Virus record (IMG/VR): IMGVR_UViG_3300009155_000057
DNA: 64,000 nucleotides
Strand: one strand, 5' to 3'
Origin: an uncultured virus (IMG/VR IMGVR_UViG_3300009155_000057)
Lineage: Duplodnaviria; Heunggongvirae; Uroviricota; Caudoviricetes
The translations under genes and the position numbers were made by a program. Positions 20,055 through 29,295 of this stretch are shown here, piece by piece. How positions within the stretch are numbered: the stretch's first letter is position 1; the number at the start of each line of letters is the position of its first letter. The notes beneath the pieces were generated by a model. The model saw only the letters and a program-made list of their open reading frames with translations, was not told the origin of the DNA and searched no databases.

Positions 20055-20438
20055 ATGGGCAAGCTAACAGTTTCAAGCTTGCTACGTGAATACTTCGAGC
20101 ATCAGCCACAGGTTGGTGCCATGCGTGATTTTTCGATAGACACAAGAAGCCTTCCGGTCTCTCCTGCAACAACATCAAAATGGGTTGTTAAAGAGAGACC
20201 GGAGCGTCTATGTAGAACATTCGAATTTTCTAATCGTGAATCATGTCGTCATTTTATAAATGAGCTGATGGATTATGAAGATCGTAGCAAACATCATGCT
20301 GAAATTAAGTGTCGTGGAAATATTATGACTATTGAGATTTATACTCAAGATATAGACATGGTGACTGAACTTGATAAAGATTATGCAAAAGAAGTTGACG
20401 CAATTTATGATGAAATGAGGGCATATGGCTACACCTGA
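20055..20438 (+). CDS. pterin-4a-carbinolamine dehydratase (PCD/PhhB-like) with N-terminal extension
   Basis: 'LCRTFEF....FINEL....HHAEI.....IEIYT......ELDKDYAKEVD'. Confidence 0.8.
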   Translation: MGKLTVSSLLREYFEHQPQVGAMRDFSIDTRSLPVSPATTSKWVVKERPERLCRTFEFSNRESCRHFINELMDYEDRSKHHAEIKCRGNIMTIEIYTQDIDMVTELDKDYAKEVDAIYDEMRAYGYT

Positions 20439-20742
20439 GTCATTGTTTATTTCAAGTGATATTGAAGATATTGTTGATATAAAAACTGTGACGGCAAAGT
20501 CACAGTTAACAAATGACCCATTTTATGGTGATATAACTGATGAAATTAGGTCAGCTTGGATTGATGACAATGGAAAGTTCATTGTAACCATTCAAGGAAG
20601 TGTCAGCAAATTTCTTCATTCATTACTTAATGGATTTAAGTATCAAGTTCGCATTGGTGATCAAAAATATCAATGCAAAGTAATAAAGATAGAGAAAAAC
20701 AATGTATATTTACAAATGGAGGTAGAAAATGCAGGAATTTGA
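20425..20742 (+). CDS. hypothetical protein
   Basis: 105-aa ORF overlapping both neighbours in operon fashion. Confidence 0.55.
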   Translation: MATPESLFISSDIEDIVDIKTVTAKSQLTNDPFYGDITDEIRSAWIDDNGKFIVTIQGSVSKFLHSLLNGFKYQVRIGDQKYQCKVIKIEKNNVYLQMEVENAGI

Positions 20743-20902
20743 ATTTGACAAGTTTATGGATGATATTGTCAAGCGTGAAGATAATTTCCGCGATCGAATC
20801 AAAGAGTATGCAGAAAATCACGCTGATACACCTCAGCGCAGATATAATGCTAAATATCGTGAACATGCTCACAATCGAATCAAGTATGATAGAGAGCAAT
20901 AA
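20729..20902 (+). CDS. hypothetical 57-aa protein (absent from the ORF track)
   Basis: GGAGGT SD; MQEFEFDKFMDDIVKRE...DREQ*; TAATG coupling to 20902. Confidence 0.6.
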   Translation: MQEFEFDKFMDDIVKREDNFRDRIKEYAENHADTPQRRYNAKYREHAHNRIKYDREQ

Positions 20903-21381
20903 TGAAAACGATTACAACTGAAAAACAGCTTTTGAGTATCTTAAAAAAGCTACATGAGCAAGGGGAAGTTCCAGCACCCGCTCCGGCTCCTGCGCCTTCT
21001 CCTAATCCTGCTGGGGCATCTCCACAGGCTCCGACTCCAAGTGTTCCTGCTGATCCCATTACACTTGATGATATTATTGAAAAACTTAATGTCATTCGTG
21101 CAGGTCGGTCAACAAAAGATGATAGTGTGAAATCAGATCTTGAGAATTACATTCTTCAGTTTAGTGAAGAAGATAAAGGCTCGTTGCTTGCTTTTCTTGA
21201 TGGTCTGGGCAGAATATTGACTCCACCTGAGCAGATTTCACCTGCACCCGGAGGAGTTCCTGGAGCACCTGTTAAGTCTGCTCCTACTCCTGTTACTTCA
21301 CCCACTCCAGCTCCATCGCCAGCCGCTGCTCCAAAATCTGTATCTAAATCTCCTGTTCCAATAAATGTTGGTGGAATCTAA
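20902..21381 (+). CDS. Pro-rich leader-bearing protein
   Basis: 'ITTEKQLLSILKKLHE' followed by PAPAP tracts. Confidence 0.6.
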   Translation: MKTITTEKQLLSILKKLHEQGEVPAPAPAPAPSPNPAGASPQAPTPSVPADPITLDDIIEKLNVIRAGRSTKDDSVKSDLENYILQFSEEDKGSLLAFLDGLGRILTPPEQISPAPGGVPGAPVKSAPTPVTSPTPAPSPAAAPKSVSKSPVPINVGGI

Positions 21382-22509
21382 ATGAATAGCAAAAAGCTAA
21401 TATCTGAGGCTTATTACCCAAGTTACATGACCATATCGCGAGATGAAGCTGAAGAAATATTCAACAGCTTCATCAACATTTTTAAGTCAGTGTGGTCTTC
21501 AGTTAAGTTGCTTTTTGCTACTCTTAAACTTAACATTAACGTTATAGCTGCTGTAGTTGCAGGAAATGATAATTGGCTAAAAAATTCTTATGCTGAATTT
21601 GAAAAAGAAAGATCAGACTACGCAAATGAGATGCAAAAAAATCTTAAATATTTTTATAAAGCAATTGGACCTGAAAGTGGAGATCGAACACTTGAGCAAA
21701 GTGCAACAAGATTGTTTTTGATGGCGGCAAATCCACTTGCGTATGCATCATATGCAACATCTCCATTAGCTCAATCATCAAGCACTGATGAAGTTGATGA
21801 TGGGAAAATGTCTGATCGTCTTAAGCGTGCGCTTGCTATGTTTGGAATGATTACAAACGAATCAATAAATTCACGTCATGTATTAGTTGAAGCTGCGCAA
21901 GCTCCTCAAGTTATTCCACCCGAAGAAGTAAAAAAATATCAAAAAATTGCAAAAGAATACATCACACAAGAAAAGAAAAAAATGGATGTTGTTCTTTTAA
22001 AGATGGCTGATGATATCTTTGTTTTAAAGAAACTTGCAGAAGCTAAAAGTTTTGATGAGTTAAAAAATGCAATTTCTGATGCAAACAAAAAGGGAATTAA
22101 GTTAGTTGATAATGGATTGGACAACATAGAAAATAAGTTAAAAACGGGCGTACAAAATTACGAAAAAACGAACCAGCAAGAATTTAAAGAAAAGATAATG
22201 AAAATTAAAAAAGCGTATCCTGATCTTGCTAAAATGAATGACCAAGAAGCCATGATAACATATATTTTTGGAGTCATAAAGTCACAAATTCAACAAAACC
22301 TAATCAAGATTTACAATTCAACTGTCAAAAATTCAAAGTCTGTTATTGTTCCAAATCTAACACCTGCTGAAACTAAAGCTTTAAGTGAAACTCCTGTTGG
22401 GCAAGAATACCTTCAAATGTTAGATGAGTTTTCAAAAAACATAGAAAATGGAAACAAAGATATAGAAAAGAAAAAAGATGATTTAACTCAGAGCCAAGTT
22501 GCTTTATAA
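21382..22509 (+). CDS. hypothetical helical protein
   Basis: 375-aa ORF with 'LISE', 'ITNE' and 'LVE' sites. Confidence 0.6.
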   Translation: MNSKKLISEAYYPSYMTISRDEAEEIFNSFINIFKSVWSSVKLLFATLKLNINVIAAVVAGNDNWLKNSYAEFEKERSDYANEMQKNLKYFYKAIGPESGDRTLEQSATRLFLMAANPLAYASYATSPLAQSSSTDEVDDGKMSDRLKRALAMFGMITNESINSRHVLVEAAQAPQVIPPEEVKKYQKIAKEYITQEKKKMDVVLLKMADDIFVLKKLAEAKSFDELKNAISDANKKGIKLVDNGLDNIENKLKTGVQNYEKTNQQEFKEKIMKIKKAYPDLAKMNDQEAMITYIFGVIKSQIQQNLIKIYNSTVKNSKSVIVPNLTPAETKALSETPVGQEYLQMLDEFSKNIENGNKDIEKKKDDLTQSQVAL

Positions 22510-22516
22510 ATAAATC

Positions 22517-22915
22517 ATGTCAAACACAAATAAGAAAAAGTCGGCACCTTCATCATGGATCCCTGAGATTATGTATGAGGAGAATTCACACATCCCCTTT
22601 ATCGATGTTCCAAAAGGAGAAACTGACCCAGTTTCACTTTTCGTATCATTAGTTCATAAAACTGATGAAACCGAACCCGACATGGAAGGTAATGAAATCC
22701 CAGTATATGATATGAGAATTGAGCATTATGCTCGTATGTCATGTTTATCTGAAAAGCTTAGCCCAGAAGATTATGATAAGGTTAGAATCGCTCTTGGTTT
22801 AAAGCCACTTGTTGAAGCAGTGAAGAGTGGGCGTGAAATTTTTAACAAAGTTCAAGAAAATGTGACTAAGATTGCTGAACTTGCTAGTAAGAATCGCACT
22901 AATAGTAATACTTAG
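22517..22915 (+). CDS. hypothetical protein
   Basis: 132-aa ORF. Confidence 0.6.
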   Translation: MSNTNKKKSAPSSWIPEIMYEENSHIPFIDVPKGETDPVSLFVSLVHKTDETEPDMEGNEIPVYDMRIEHYARMSCLSEKLSPEDYDKVRIALGLKPLVEAVKSGREIFNKVQENVTKIAELASKNRTNSNT

Positions 22916-22979
22916 ATTTAGGTGAATGATAAAAATCTTTCGCCATTTCATTTTAACCGAATATTTATCGGTGGAGGCA

Positions 22980-23453
22980 ATGATGATTTTCAATAAGGCT
23001 AGAATGGCAAAGCTCTCTGGTATCCTGACTGAGAGCAAGAAGGGTATCAAGGATTCCATGGCCGATCAGTTTGGCGGTGGTAAGGAAGAGGGCGATCCCT
23101 GGCTTGATGGTGAGGTCACCACTGAAGGCGCCGAGGAAGACGAGTCTTCAATGATGAATGAGCTTGATGATGAAGATGAGGGTATGAAGGAAGGCGATGA
23201 GGAGGAACTCGATGAAGCTTCTCTCCGTCGTATGATCCGTAGTGCTCTTAGCGAAGCCAAGAAAGAAATGATGGACAAGAAGAAAGCCAAGGCTAAGGCC
23301 AAGGGCAAGGGCAAGTTCCCAGCCAAGGGCAAGGCTAAGGATGACGAAGATGAGGAGAAGGCAGTCCGCGAGGCTGTTCGCTCAGAAATTAAGTCAGTTC
23401 TTCGTTCACGTGGCGTTACACTTGGCGGAACTGGACCAGGCTTCAAGCGCTAA
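22980..23453 (+). CDS. highly charged core/scaffold-like protein
   Basis: GGAGG SD, AATATTTA at 22960; 'RMAKLSGILTE' and 'LDEASLRRMIRSALSE'; alternating acidic and basic blocks. Confidence 0.55.
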   Translation: MMIFNKARMAKLSGILTESKKGIKDSMADQFGGGKEEGDPWLDGEVTTEGAEEDESSMMNELDDEDEGMKEGDEEELDEASLRRMIRSALSEAKKEMMDKKKAKAKAKGKGKFPAKGKAKDDEDEEKAVREAVRSEIKSVLRSRGVTLGGTGPGFKR

Positions 23454-23465
23454 ATTCCTGAACCT

Positions 23466-23494
23466 ATGCAATCCGGCGGCCGGCCGGTTATAAT
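23466..23494 (+). promoter_or_regulatory. early-class promoter ATGCAA-N17-TATAAT
   Basis: Motif copy; ATG follows 6 nt after the -10 element. Confidence 0.7.
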
Positions 23495-23500
23495 GGTGGT

Positions 23501-23878
23501 ATGAGCAAAACTCTACCACCATTTGTAGTTGGACAGACGATTTTTCTTATTCCACATGAAACTCGAGCTGTCATTCCCGCTGTTGTCGTCGAAGAAATCA
23601 CAAAAAAGACGATTAACGGTTCACAAACATCCTGGATGATTTTCACACCATCCAGCCAAAAGCCCGTTAAGCTAGACACAAATGCATGTGAGATCTTTAC
23701 TACAATTTCTGATGTAAGAAAATCTCTTTTTGATCGTGTGTCTATTGCAATTGAAGAGATGATTGTTGAAGTTGAGGAAATCAGCTCTGCCCTTAACAAG
23801 GCAATGCAACCTCAGCAAATTGATGATGCACCCACCGTTGTTACTCTTGAAGACGGAACCAAGGCAAGGATCAAGTAA
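23501..23878 (+). CDS. hypothetical protein
   Basis: 125-aa ORF coupled to the exonuclease. Confidence 0.6.
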   Translation: MSKTLPPFVVGQTIFLIPHETRAVIPAVVVEEITKKTINGSQTSWMIFTPSSQKPVKLDTNACEIFTTISDVRKSLFDRVSIAIEEMIVEVEEISSALNKAMQPQQIDDAPTVVTLEDGTKARIK

Positions 23879-24726
23879 TGAATCAAGTTTCTAAGCGTGT
23901 TCTCATCATTGATGGCATGAACCTCGTTCATCGTGCTCGAGTTGCAATGTCAGGCCACGGAAATGGTTTGACGTATGCAGCTTTGCGCTCGATTCGAGCT
24001 CTTGTCAATCTTTTTGAGCCAAACGTTGCTTACTTTGTGCTGGAAGGTCATCCAAAGCGGCGCATTCAGATGTCTGAAGGTACTTACAAGGCTCAGCGCG
24101 AAAAGTCTGATGAGTCTTTCTGGGATCAGGTAAAGCAGCTTGTGGAAATTGTTTCCGATTACCTTCCCATCAAGGTTATTCGTCATCCTGATTTTGAAGC
24201 TGACGATGTCATTGCACACCTGGCAACCTGTGTTCATCGTGATGATCTTTGCACTGTTGTTTCAACTGACAGCGATTTCACACAGCTTGTGACGGAAGCC
24301 ACCAAAGATCGATTTTCTCTTTATTCTCCAATCAAGAAAGTGTTTGTTCAGCCCACTCCATATGACTATGTGTTGTGGAAGTCGCTCCGGGGTGATGGTG
24401 CTGACAACATTGACGGTGTGCCTGGTATTGGTGACAAGCGCGCAACAAACTTTGCAATGAATCCTGTTGAGCTGCGTCTCTTTTTCAATAAAAACCCTGC
24501 TGCCAAAAAGATTGTTGAGCACAATATCTCAATGATTAAGTTTGAAGATATGCGCCCGCATTGGGATGGCGTGACTGTTTCGTCTTCGACTCGCGATAAC
24601 ACAGCTCTTCGTGAAAAGTTGCAGTCGCTTGACATGAATTCAATCACAAATGACAAGAGTTGGTCAAAGTGGATTGGTTCATTTAATCAGCTCTGGCTCA
24701 GTTTCAATTTGAAAAATGCAGCGTAA
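23878..24726 (+). CDS. 5'-3' exonuclease / flap endonuclease (PolA N-terminal, T4 RNase H-like)
   Basis: 'LIIDGMN', 'YKAQR', 'EADDVIA', 'STDSDFTQL', 'GDGADNIDGVPGIG'. Confidence 0.92.
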   Translation: MNQVSKRVLIIDGMNLVHRARVAMSGHGNGLTYAALRSIRALVNLFEPNVAYFVLEGHPKRRIQMSEGTYKAQREKSDESFWDQVKQLVEIVSDYLPIKVIRHPDFEADDVIAHLATCVHRDDLCTVVSTDSDFTQLVTEATKDRFSLYSPIKKVFVQPTPYDYVLWKSLRGDGADNIDGVPGIGDKRATNFAMNPVELRLFFNKNPAAKKIVEHNISMIKFEDMRPHWDGVTVSSSTRDNTALREKLQSLDMNSITNDKSWSKWIGSFNQLWLSFNLKNAA

Positions 24727-24753
24727 AATACTCCTACGCAAGTAGGAGTTAGC

Positions 24754-24966
24754 GTGTCATTTCAAAATACATTTTCGTTCGATCAGCCCCTCACTGGGGC
24801 TGAACAAGTTTCTCTTCGCGCACAAGGCGTACTTTCTGAAGCTGAGGTTGCTGTTAGATCAGGTGATCTGTTGGTTGCTGTGAATACTTTGACTGGTGTT
24901 CGCCGCTCTCTTTCAACTGAAAGCACTCTTTCAGAATCAACTCAACGCCGTCTTCTGAAGGACTAA
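24754..24966 (+). CDS. hypothetical protein upstream of groEL
   Basis: AGGAG SD, GTG start; no GroES motifs seen. Confidence 0.55.
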   Translation: MSFQNTFSFDQPLTGAEQVSLRAQGVLSEAEVAVRSGDLLVAVNTLTGVRRSLSTESTLSESTQRRLLKD

Positions 24967-24967
24967 T

Positions 24968-26554
24968 ATGAGCGAAGCCTTCAGAAATCTTGTTTTTGAT
25001 AGTAGCGCTCGTGACAGTCTAAAGGCCGGAGTAGATGCCTTAGCAAAGGCTGTCAAAGTGACAATGGGTCCCAGTGGTCAAAACGTGATCATTGAGATGC
25101 CTGGAATGCCGCCTGTTGTGACAAAGGACGGAGTTACCGTAGCCCGAGCAATCAACTTCAGAGACAGAAACATGAATCTGGGGGCTCAAATCATTAAGGA
25201 AGCTGCCAGCAGAACATGTGATGCCGCTGGAGACGGAACAACAACGTCCACAGTCCTTGCGCAATCTATCTTTAATGGTGGGTTGCGTGTTCTTTCTGGA
25301 GATCATAGCTATCCTGAATTGAAATCAGGAATGCAATGGGCTGTGAATGCAGTTATTCATGAGCTGCAATCTATGTCACGCCAGATCTCTTCAGATGAAG
25401 AAGTTGTTCAGGTTGGAACAATTTCAGCTAATGGAGAAAGAAGTATTGGTGAGCTTCTTTCCCAAGCAATGCGTGCTGTAGGTCGTGATGGAACAATCAC
25501 GGTTGAGGACGCAAAGGGATTTGGGACAACTTTGCAGGTTGTCGAAGGAGCAGAAATTGATCGAGGATATCTTTCACCTTACTTTGTGACTGATTCAGAA
25601 AAGATGGTATCAGCTCTTGATTCACCATATGTGTTGCTGACAAACAACAGAATCACTTCATTGAAAGAAATCCTTCCACTTCTTGAAAAAGTTCATTCTG
25701 CGCAAAAGCCACTTCTCATTGTTGCTGATGAGGTTGAAGGTGAGGCAATGCAAGGACTTGTTCTTAATCGAACAAAGGGCATTATCAATGTTTGTGCGAT
25801 AAAAGGTCCTGAATTTGGTGAAAATAGACTTCACGCTTTGGAAGATCTTGCAATTCTTCTTGGAACAAAAGTCGTTGGAGACAATATTTCATCAATCAAC
25901 TTGAATGATCTTGGTAAGTGTAAAAAGGCAATTGTTGGACGTTATAGAACTGTGTTTATTGATGCAGCAGGTTCAAAAGAAAATATTGAAGCACGCTCAT
26001 CAGAACTCAGATCACAAATGTCAGATCTTACCCTTGAATCACATGAAGTTGAAACATTAAAGCGTAGACTTGCTAGATTGGCAGGTGGTGTTGCTGTTCT
26101 TAGAGTTGGCGGCGCAACTGAAGCTGAGCTGAAAGAAAGACGTGATCGCGTTGACGACGCATTGCATGCTACAAGAGCCGCTGTTGAAGAAGGAATTCTT
26201 CCAGGCGGCGGAACAGCTCTTGTTCGTGCAGCATCTAAGATTAGATCAAAGATTCCAAAAAAATCTTCTGACTCTTTTAAGCAAGGAGTTGGTGTTGTTC
26301 TTGATGCCTGCGTTGTTCCATTAAAGCAAATTGTTGTGAACGCAGGTCTAAATCCTGATCTAGTTCTTTCTAAGGTTGAGCGCTTAAAGGGTGACAATGG
26401 GTTTAATGCTTCTACGGGCAAGTATGTTAGCACGTTTGATGCAGGCATCCTTGATCCTTTGAAGGTTGTTAGACTTGCACTTGAAAATGCACACTCAGCT
26501 GCTAGCATTTTGTTGAGTGTTGGATGCACCGTAGTCGATGATAATCCGGCATAA
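24968..26554 (+). CDS. groEL: chaperonin GroEL
   Basis: 'VTKDGVTVA', 'AGDGTTT', 'RLAGGVAV', 'GILPGGG', 'GILDP'; lacks the GGM tail. Confidence 0.96.
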   Translation: MSEAFRNLVFDSSARDSLKAGVDALAKAVKVTMGPSGQNVIIEMPGMPPVVTKDGVTVARAINFRDRNMNLGAQIIKEAASRTCDAAGDGTTTSTVLAQSIFNGGLRVLSGDHSYPELKSGMQWAVNAVIHELQSMSRQISSDEEVVQVGTISANGERSIGELLSQAMRAVGRDGTITVEDAKGFGTTLQVVEGAEIDRGYLSPYFVTDSEKMVSALDSPYVLLTNNRITSLKEILPLLEKVHSAQKPLLIVADEVEGEAMQGLVLNRTKGIINVCAIKGPEFGENRLHALEDLAILLGTKVVGDNISSINLNDLGKCKKAIVGRYRTVFIDAAGSKENIEARSSELRSQMSDLTLESHEVETLKRRLARLAGGVAVLRVGGATEAELKERRDRVDDALHATRAAVEEGILPGGGTALVRAASKIRSKIPKKSSDSFKQGVGVVLDACVVPLKQIVVNAGLNPDLVLSKVERLKGDNGFNASTGKYVSTFDAGILDPLKVVRLALENAHSAASILLSVGCTVVDDNPA

Positions 26555-26663
26555 TTTTTTTACGGCAGTTATGCAAATCCTGCCGGTCCTGTAGTATATT
26601 ACTTCTGGAAGGCAGGAATGGTCAAGCCTTCCAGATAAAAAATGCAATGAGGTAAATTAAACA

Positions 26664-26936
26664 ATGTCCCGTGTTTTTGATCGTGATTTCCTGAGCGTTA
26701 TGAATGAAGATGATCTTCGTGCCAAGATTGTTGCATACAAGAATGCAATCGAGGCCGATAAGCGCCGGGGACGCGATACCCAGGATCTTGAAGTCGAGTA
26801 TTGCTATCTGTGGACTGAAGCCGAGACTCGTGATAAGCGCCGGGCCGCTCACGAGGAATATGTGCGAAACAACCCAAGCCTGTTTGATAAGGAAGACGAT
26901 TACAGTTACGAGGACGACGCCGGTCTTTACTCGTAA
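26664..26936 (+). CDS. hypothetical protein
   Basis: GAGGT SD; downstream of the promoter copy at 26571. Confidence 0.6.
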   Translation: MSRVFDRDFLSVMNEDDLRAKIVAYKNAIEADKRRGRDTQDLEVEYCYLWTEAETRDKRRAAHEEYVRNNPSLFDKEDDYSYEDDAGLYS

Positions 26937-26959
26937 TTTAAAAAAATCGAGGTGGTTTG

Positions 26960-27736
26960 ATGAGTGATATGAATTCCTTGTTCAAAGAAGTCGGTCGCTT
27001 TCCTCTTCTTACTCGTGAAGAGGAAGTTTTACTGGCACAGAAAATTGAAAATGGCGACAAGGCATCACGGGATCGCATGATCCAGTCGAATATGCGCCTT
27101 GCCATTTCGATTGCGCGGAAGTATTCGAGGACTCCTGGTGTAGACTTTGATGATCTGGTTCAGGAGAGTACCATTGGTCTGATGCGTGCTGTTGATCGAT
27201 TCGATTGGCGCCGGGGATTCAAATTCTCGACATATGCCACTTGGTGGATTAAGCAAGCTGTTCGTCAAATCATGAATATGCAATCCAGCTCAATTCGTTT
27301 CCCTGCTGGAGTCAATGCTCTTGTCTGGCGAGCTCGTCGAGCAAGTGATGAATTTCAGCAAGAGTTTGGTGTTCAGCCTACTCTTGCTGAAATCGCGGAT
27401 ATCTTGAAGGTTGATGTTGAATCGCTAAACGTTCTAATGCAGACGTCGCGATACACTATGTCTCTTGATTCTCCTGCAATGCATGGTTCAGATGAAGATT
27501 CCAGCCCTACTCTTGCTGATGTGATTCCTGGAACTTCTGACGTTGAAATCAACGAAATGATGGATCGTGAAAGATTTGCTGCTGCCATTCGTCGCGGCTT
27601 CAGCAAGCTGACTGATCGTGAAGAGAAGATCATTCGTCTTCGCTTTGGTATTTCAGAAGATCCTAACGACCATATCAATTATCCTATTACTCATGATGAG
27701 CTTTCTGCGCTCCAGGCCAAAAAGGAAAACGCTTAA
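26960..27736 (+). CDS. RNA polymerase sigma factor, sigma70 family (RpoD/RpoS-like regions 1.2-4)
   Basis: 'LLTREEE', 'SNMRLAISIARKY', 'DLVQE..IGLMRAVDRFD..RGFKFSTYATWWIKQA', 'LTDREEKIIRLRFG'. Confidence 0.93.
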   Translation: MSDMNSLFKEVGRFPLLTREEEVLLAQKIENGDKASRDRMIQSNMRLAISIARKYSRTPGVDFDDLVQESTIGLMRAVDRFDWRRGFKFSTYATWWIKQAVRQIMNMQSSSIRFPAGVNALVWRARRASDEFQQEFGVQPTLAEIADILKVDVESLNVLMQTSRYTMSLDSPAMHGSDEDSSPTLADVIPGTSDVEINEMMDRERFAAAIRRGFSKLTDREEKIIRLRFGISEDPNDHINYPITHDELSALQAKKENA

Positions 27737-27737
27737 T

Positions 27738-28025
27738 ATGAATTCTGAAACTTTTCAGCATGGATATGCAACGTCAGCAAATCTTGGCGGAATTGGATAC
27801 GTCGAAATCACAAAGCGTCTTGCTGATGGTGGTGATTCGATTTCAATGAGTTCCGTTAGAAACTTCTATTTGAGTGGTCTTCGTAAGATTGCTCATGAAG
27901 TTTGCATCACTCAAGGTGTTGACAAGCGAGATATTTATGAAACTGTTGAAAAGATGGTTTTTGACCCTCGGTTTCAGGAATCGATCTCTAGCACCCTGAA
28001 CTCCATGAGCATGGGTGATCTTTGA
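27738..28025 (+). CDS. hypothetical HTH-like protein
   Basis: 'GYVEITKRL......SMSSVRNFYLSGLRKI' resembles a sigma region 4.2 HTH. Confidence 0.5.
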   Translation: MNSETFQHGYATSANLGGIGYVEITKRLADGGDSISMSSVRNFYLSGLRKIAHEVCITQGVDKRDIYETVEKMVFDPRFQESISSTLNSMSMGDL

Positions 28026-28258
28026 TTGACCTGGAGACAAGTCTTCTTGAGCTCCTTGATTGGGATGAGGAGCTTTTGGAACTTGTCTATCAGCGTGTTT
28101 CATCCATCATTTCTGACCGTGAATATAAAACACGACAGCAAGTTGAACTCCAAATAAAGCAAGATTTGGAAGGATTAATTCCAGAAGATGGAATAAAAAT
28201 TGTGATTTCTATCCTCGATCAGCTAATTAGAAAAGAGGAGAGAATTGCAATAGCATGA
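28022..28258 (+). CDS. hypothetical protein
   Basis: TTGA-coupled ORF. Confidence 0.5.
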   Translation: MIDLETSLLELLDWDEELLELVYQRVSSIISDREYKTRQQVELQIKQDLEGLIPEDGIKIVISILDQLIRKEERIAIA

Positions 28259-28506
28259 AATGGGAAGATTACGCTAAGAGAAGAAAACTTAATATTAAAC
28301 CATGGTTGTCCTCAAAAGGAATAACAAGCATGGAAATGATGTTAAGTTATCTATCTCAAATAAATGTTGAAGTTGGCGACTATGATGAACTTGCAAAGTT
28401 GTTTGCCAACCCTGATCAAGTTGTTGATTTAACAACCTTTGAATCAACTGTTGCTTCAGTTGAAGCTGATCCTCACACCAAAATTGTTCGGGCACGTAAG
28501 AAGTGA
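28255..28506 (+). CDS. hypothetical protein
   Basis: ATGA-coupled ORF. Confidence 0.55.
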   Translation: MKWEDYAKRRKLNIKPWLSSKGITSMEMMLSYLSQINVEVGDYDELAKLFANPDQVVDLTTFESTVASVEADPHTKIVRARKK

Positions 28507-28507
28507 A

Positions 28508-28705
28508 ATGCTTCAGCCTGGAACGTTGGTAAAATTTTGCAATAAACATCATTTAATTGCAAACAATAATGTGAAAGATTCGGATATAGGGCTGGTAGTC
28601 AATACAGTTGCAACTGACCCTAATAAACGAATTCTTTATGATGTGTTAATAAATTCAAGTCTAGTAATGGCTTGGGATGATGAACTAACAAAACAAGAAG
28701 ACTAA
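28508..28705 (+). CDS. small hypothetical (SH3-like beta) protein
   Basis: 'MLQPGTLVKF...GLVV...YDVL' pattern. Confidence 0.5.
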   Translation: MLQPGTLVKFCNKHHLIANNNVKDSDIGLVVNTVATDPNKRILYDVLINSSLVMAWDDELTKQED

Positions 28706-28715
28706 GGAGTCTAAC

Positions 28716-28946
28716 TTGGCAAGTAAGCATGTGATTCGTGAGCTTGTTGGAAAACTTTCAACCATTGAGCATGAGATGGAAACTCTTCGTGAAGATCGAA
28801 AGGCTATCATGAAGGAATATGAAGAGTCTCATGGTGTTGACAAGAAGGCGTTTCAGGGAGCGCTTCGAATTGCCAAGATTCGAATGAGGCTGGGTGATGC
28901 TGTTGATGAGGCTGACCAGATGGTCGATTTTATTGACGACGTCTAG
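28716..28946 (+). CDS. GapR/DUF2312-like DNA-binding protein
   Basis: 'KLSTIEHEMETLREDRKAIMKEY...GVDKKAF..ALRIAK'; AAGGAG SD. Confidence 0.6.
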   Translation: MASKHVIRELVGKLSTIEHEMETLREDRKAIMKEYEESHGVDKKAFQGALRIAKIRMRLGDAVDEADQMVDFIDDV

Positions 28947-29295
28947 CAGATCATCATACTATATTTACATTGCCGAGTGCAATGATCATAGCCTTTACTG
29001 CGGGATCACAAATGATCCTGATCGCAGACTAAAGGAACACAACACAGGCCGCCGAGGAGCAAAATATACGCGCTCCAGGCGGCCTGTGTTGTTTGTGTTT
29101 CTGCAACCAGTTTGTTGCAAATCTTGTGCACTAAAACTTGAGCACAAGATAAAATCATTAACAAGACTTAAAAAGCTACAATTAATTTTAAGCCCATCAA
29201 TGATTAATGATTTGCGGCCTGAATGTGTAGCTACTCACCAATTGATTCACGAATCCTCTGCTTTAGAAGATAAGCATGGCCTTCGTGAGCATTAG
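28894..29295 (+). CDS. GIY-YIG nuclease (UPF0213/YhbQ-like); start uncertain
   Basis: 'YIYIAEC.D.SLYCGITND..RRLKEHN.G..GAKYTR.RRP'. Confidence 0.85.
   Translation: MMLLMRLTRWSILLTTSSRSSYYIYIAECNDHSLYCGITNDPDRRLKEHNTGRRGAKYTRSRRPVLFVFLQPVCCKSCALKLEHKIKSLTRLKKLQLILSPSMINDLRPECVATHQLIHESSALEDKHGLREH

Noticed and set aside
24754..24966. groES
   Set aside because: Position fits, but the PLxDRV and mobile-loop GGI motifs are missing.
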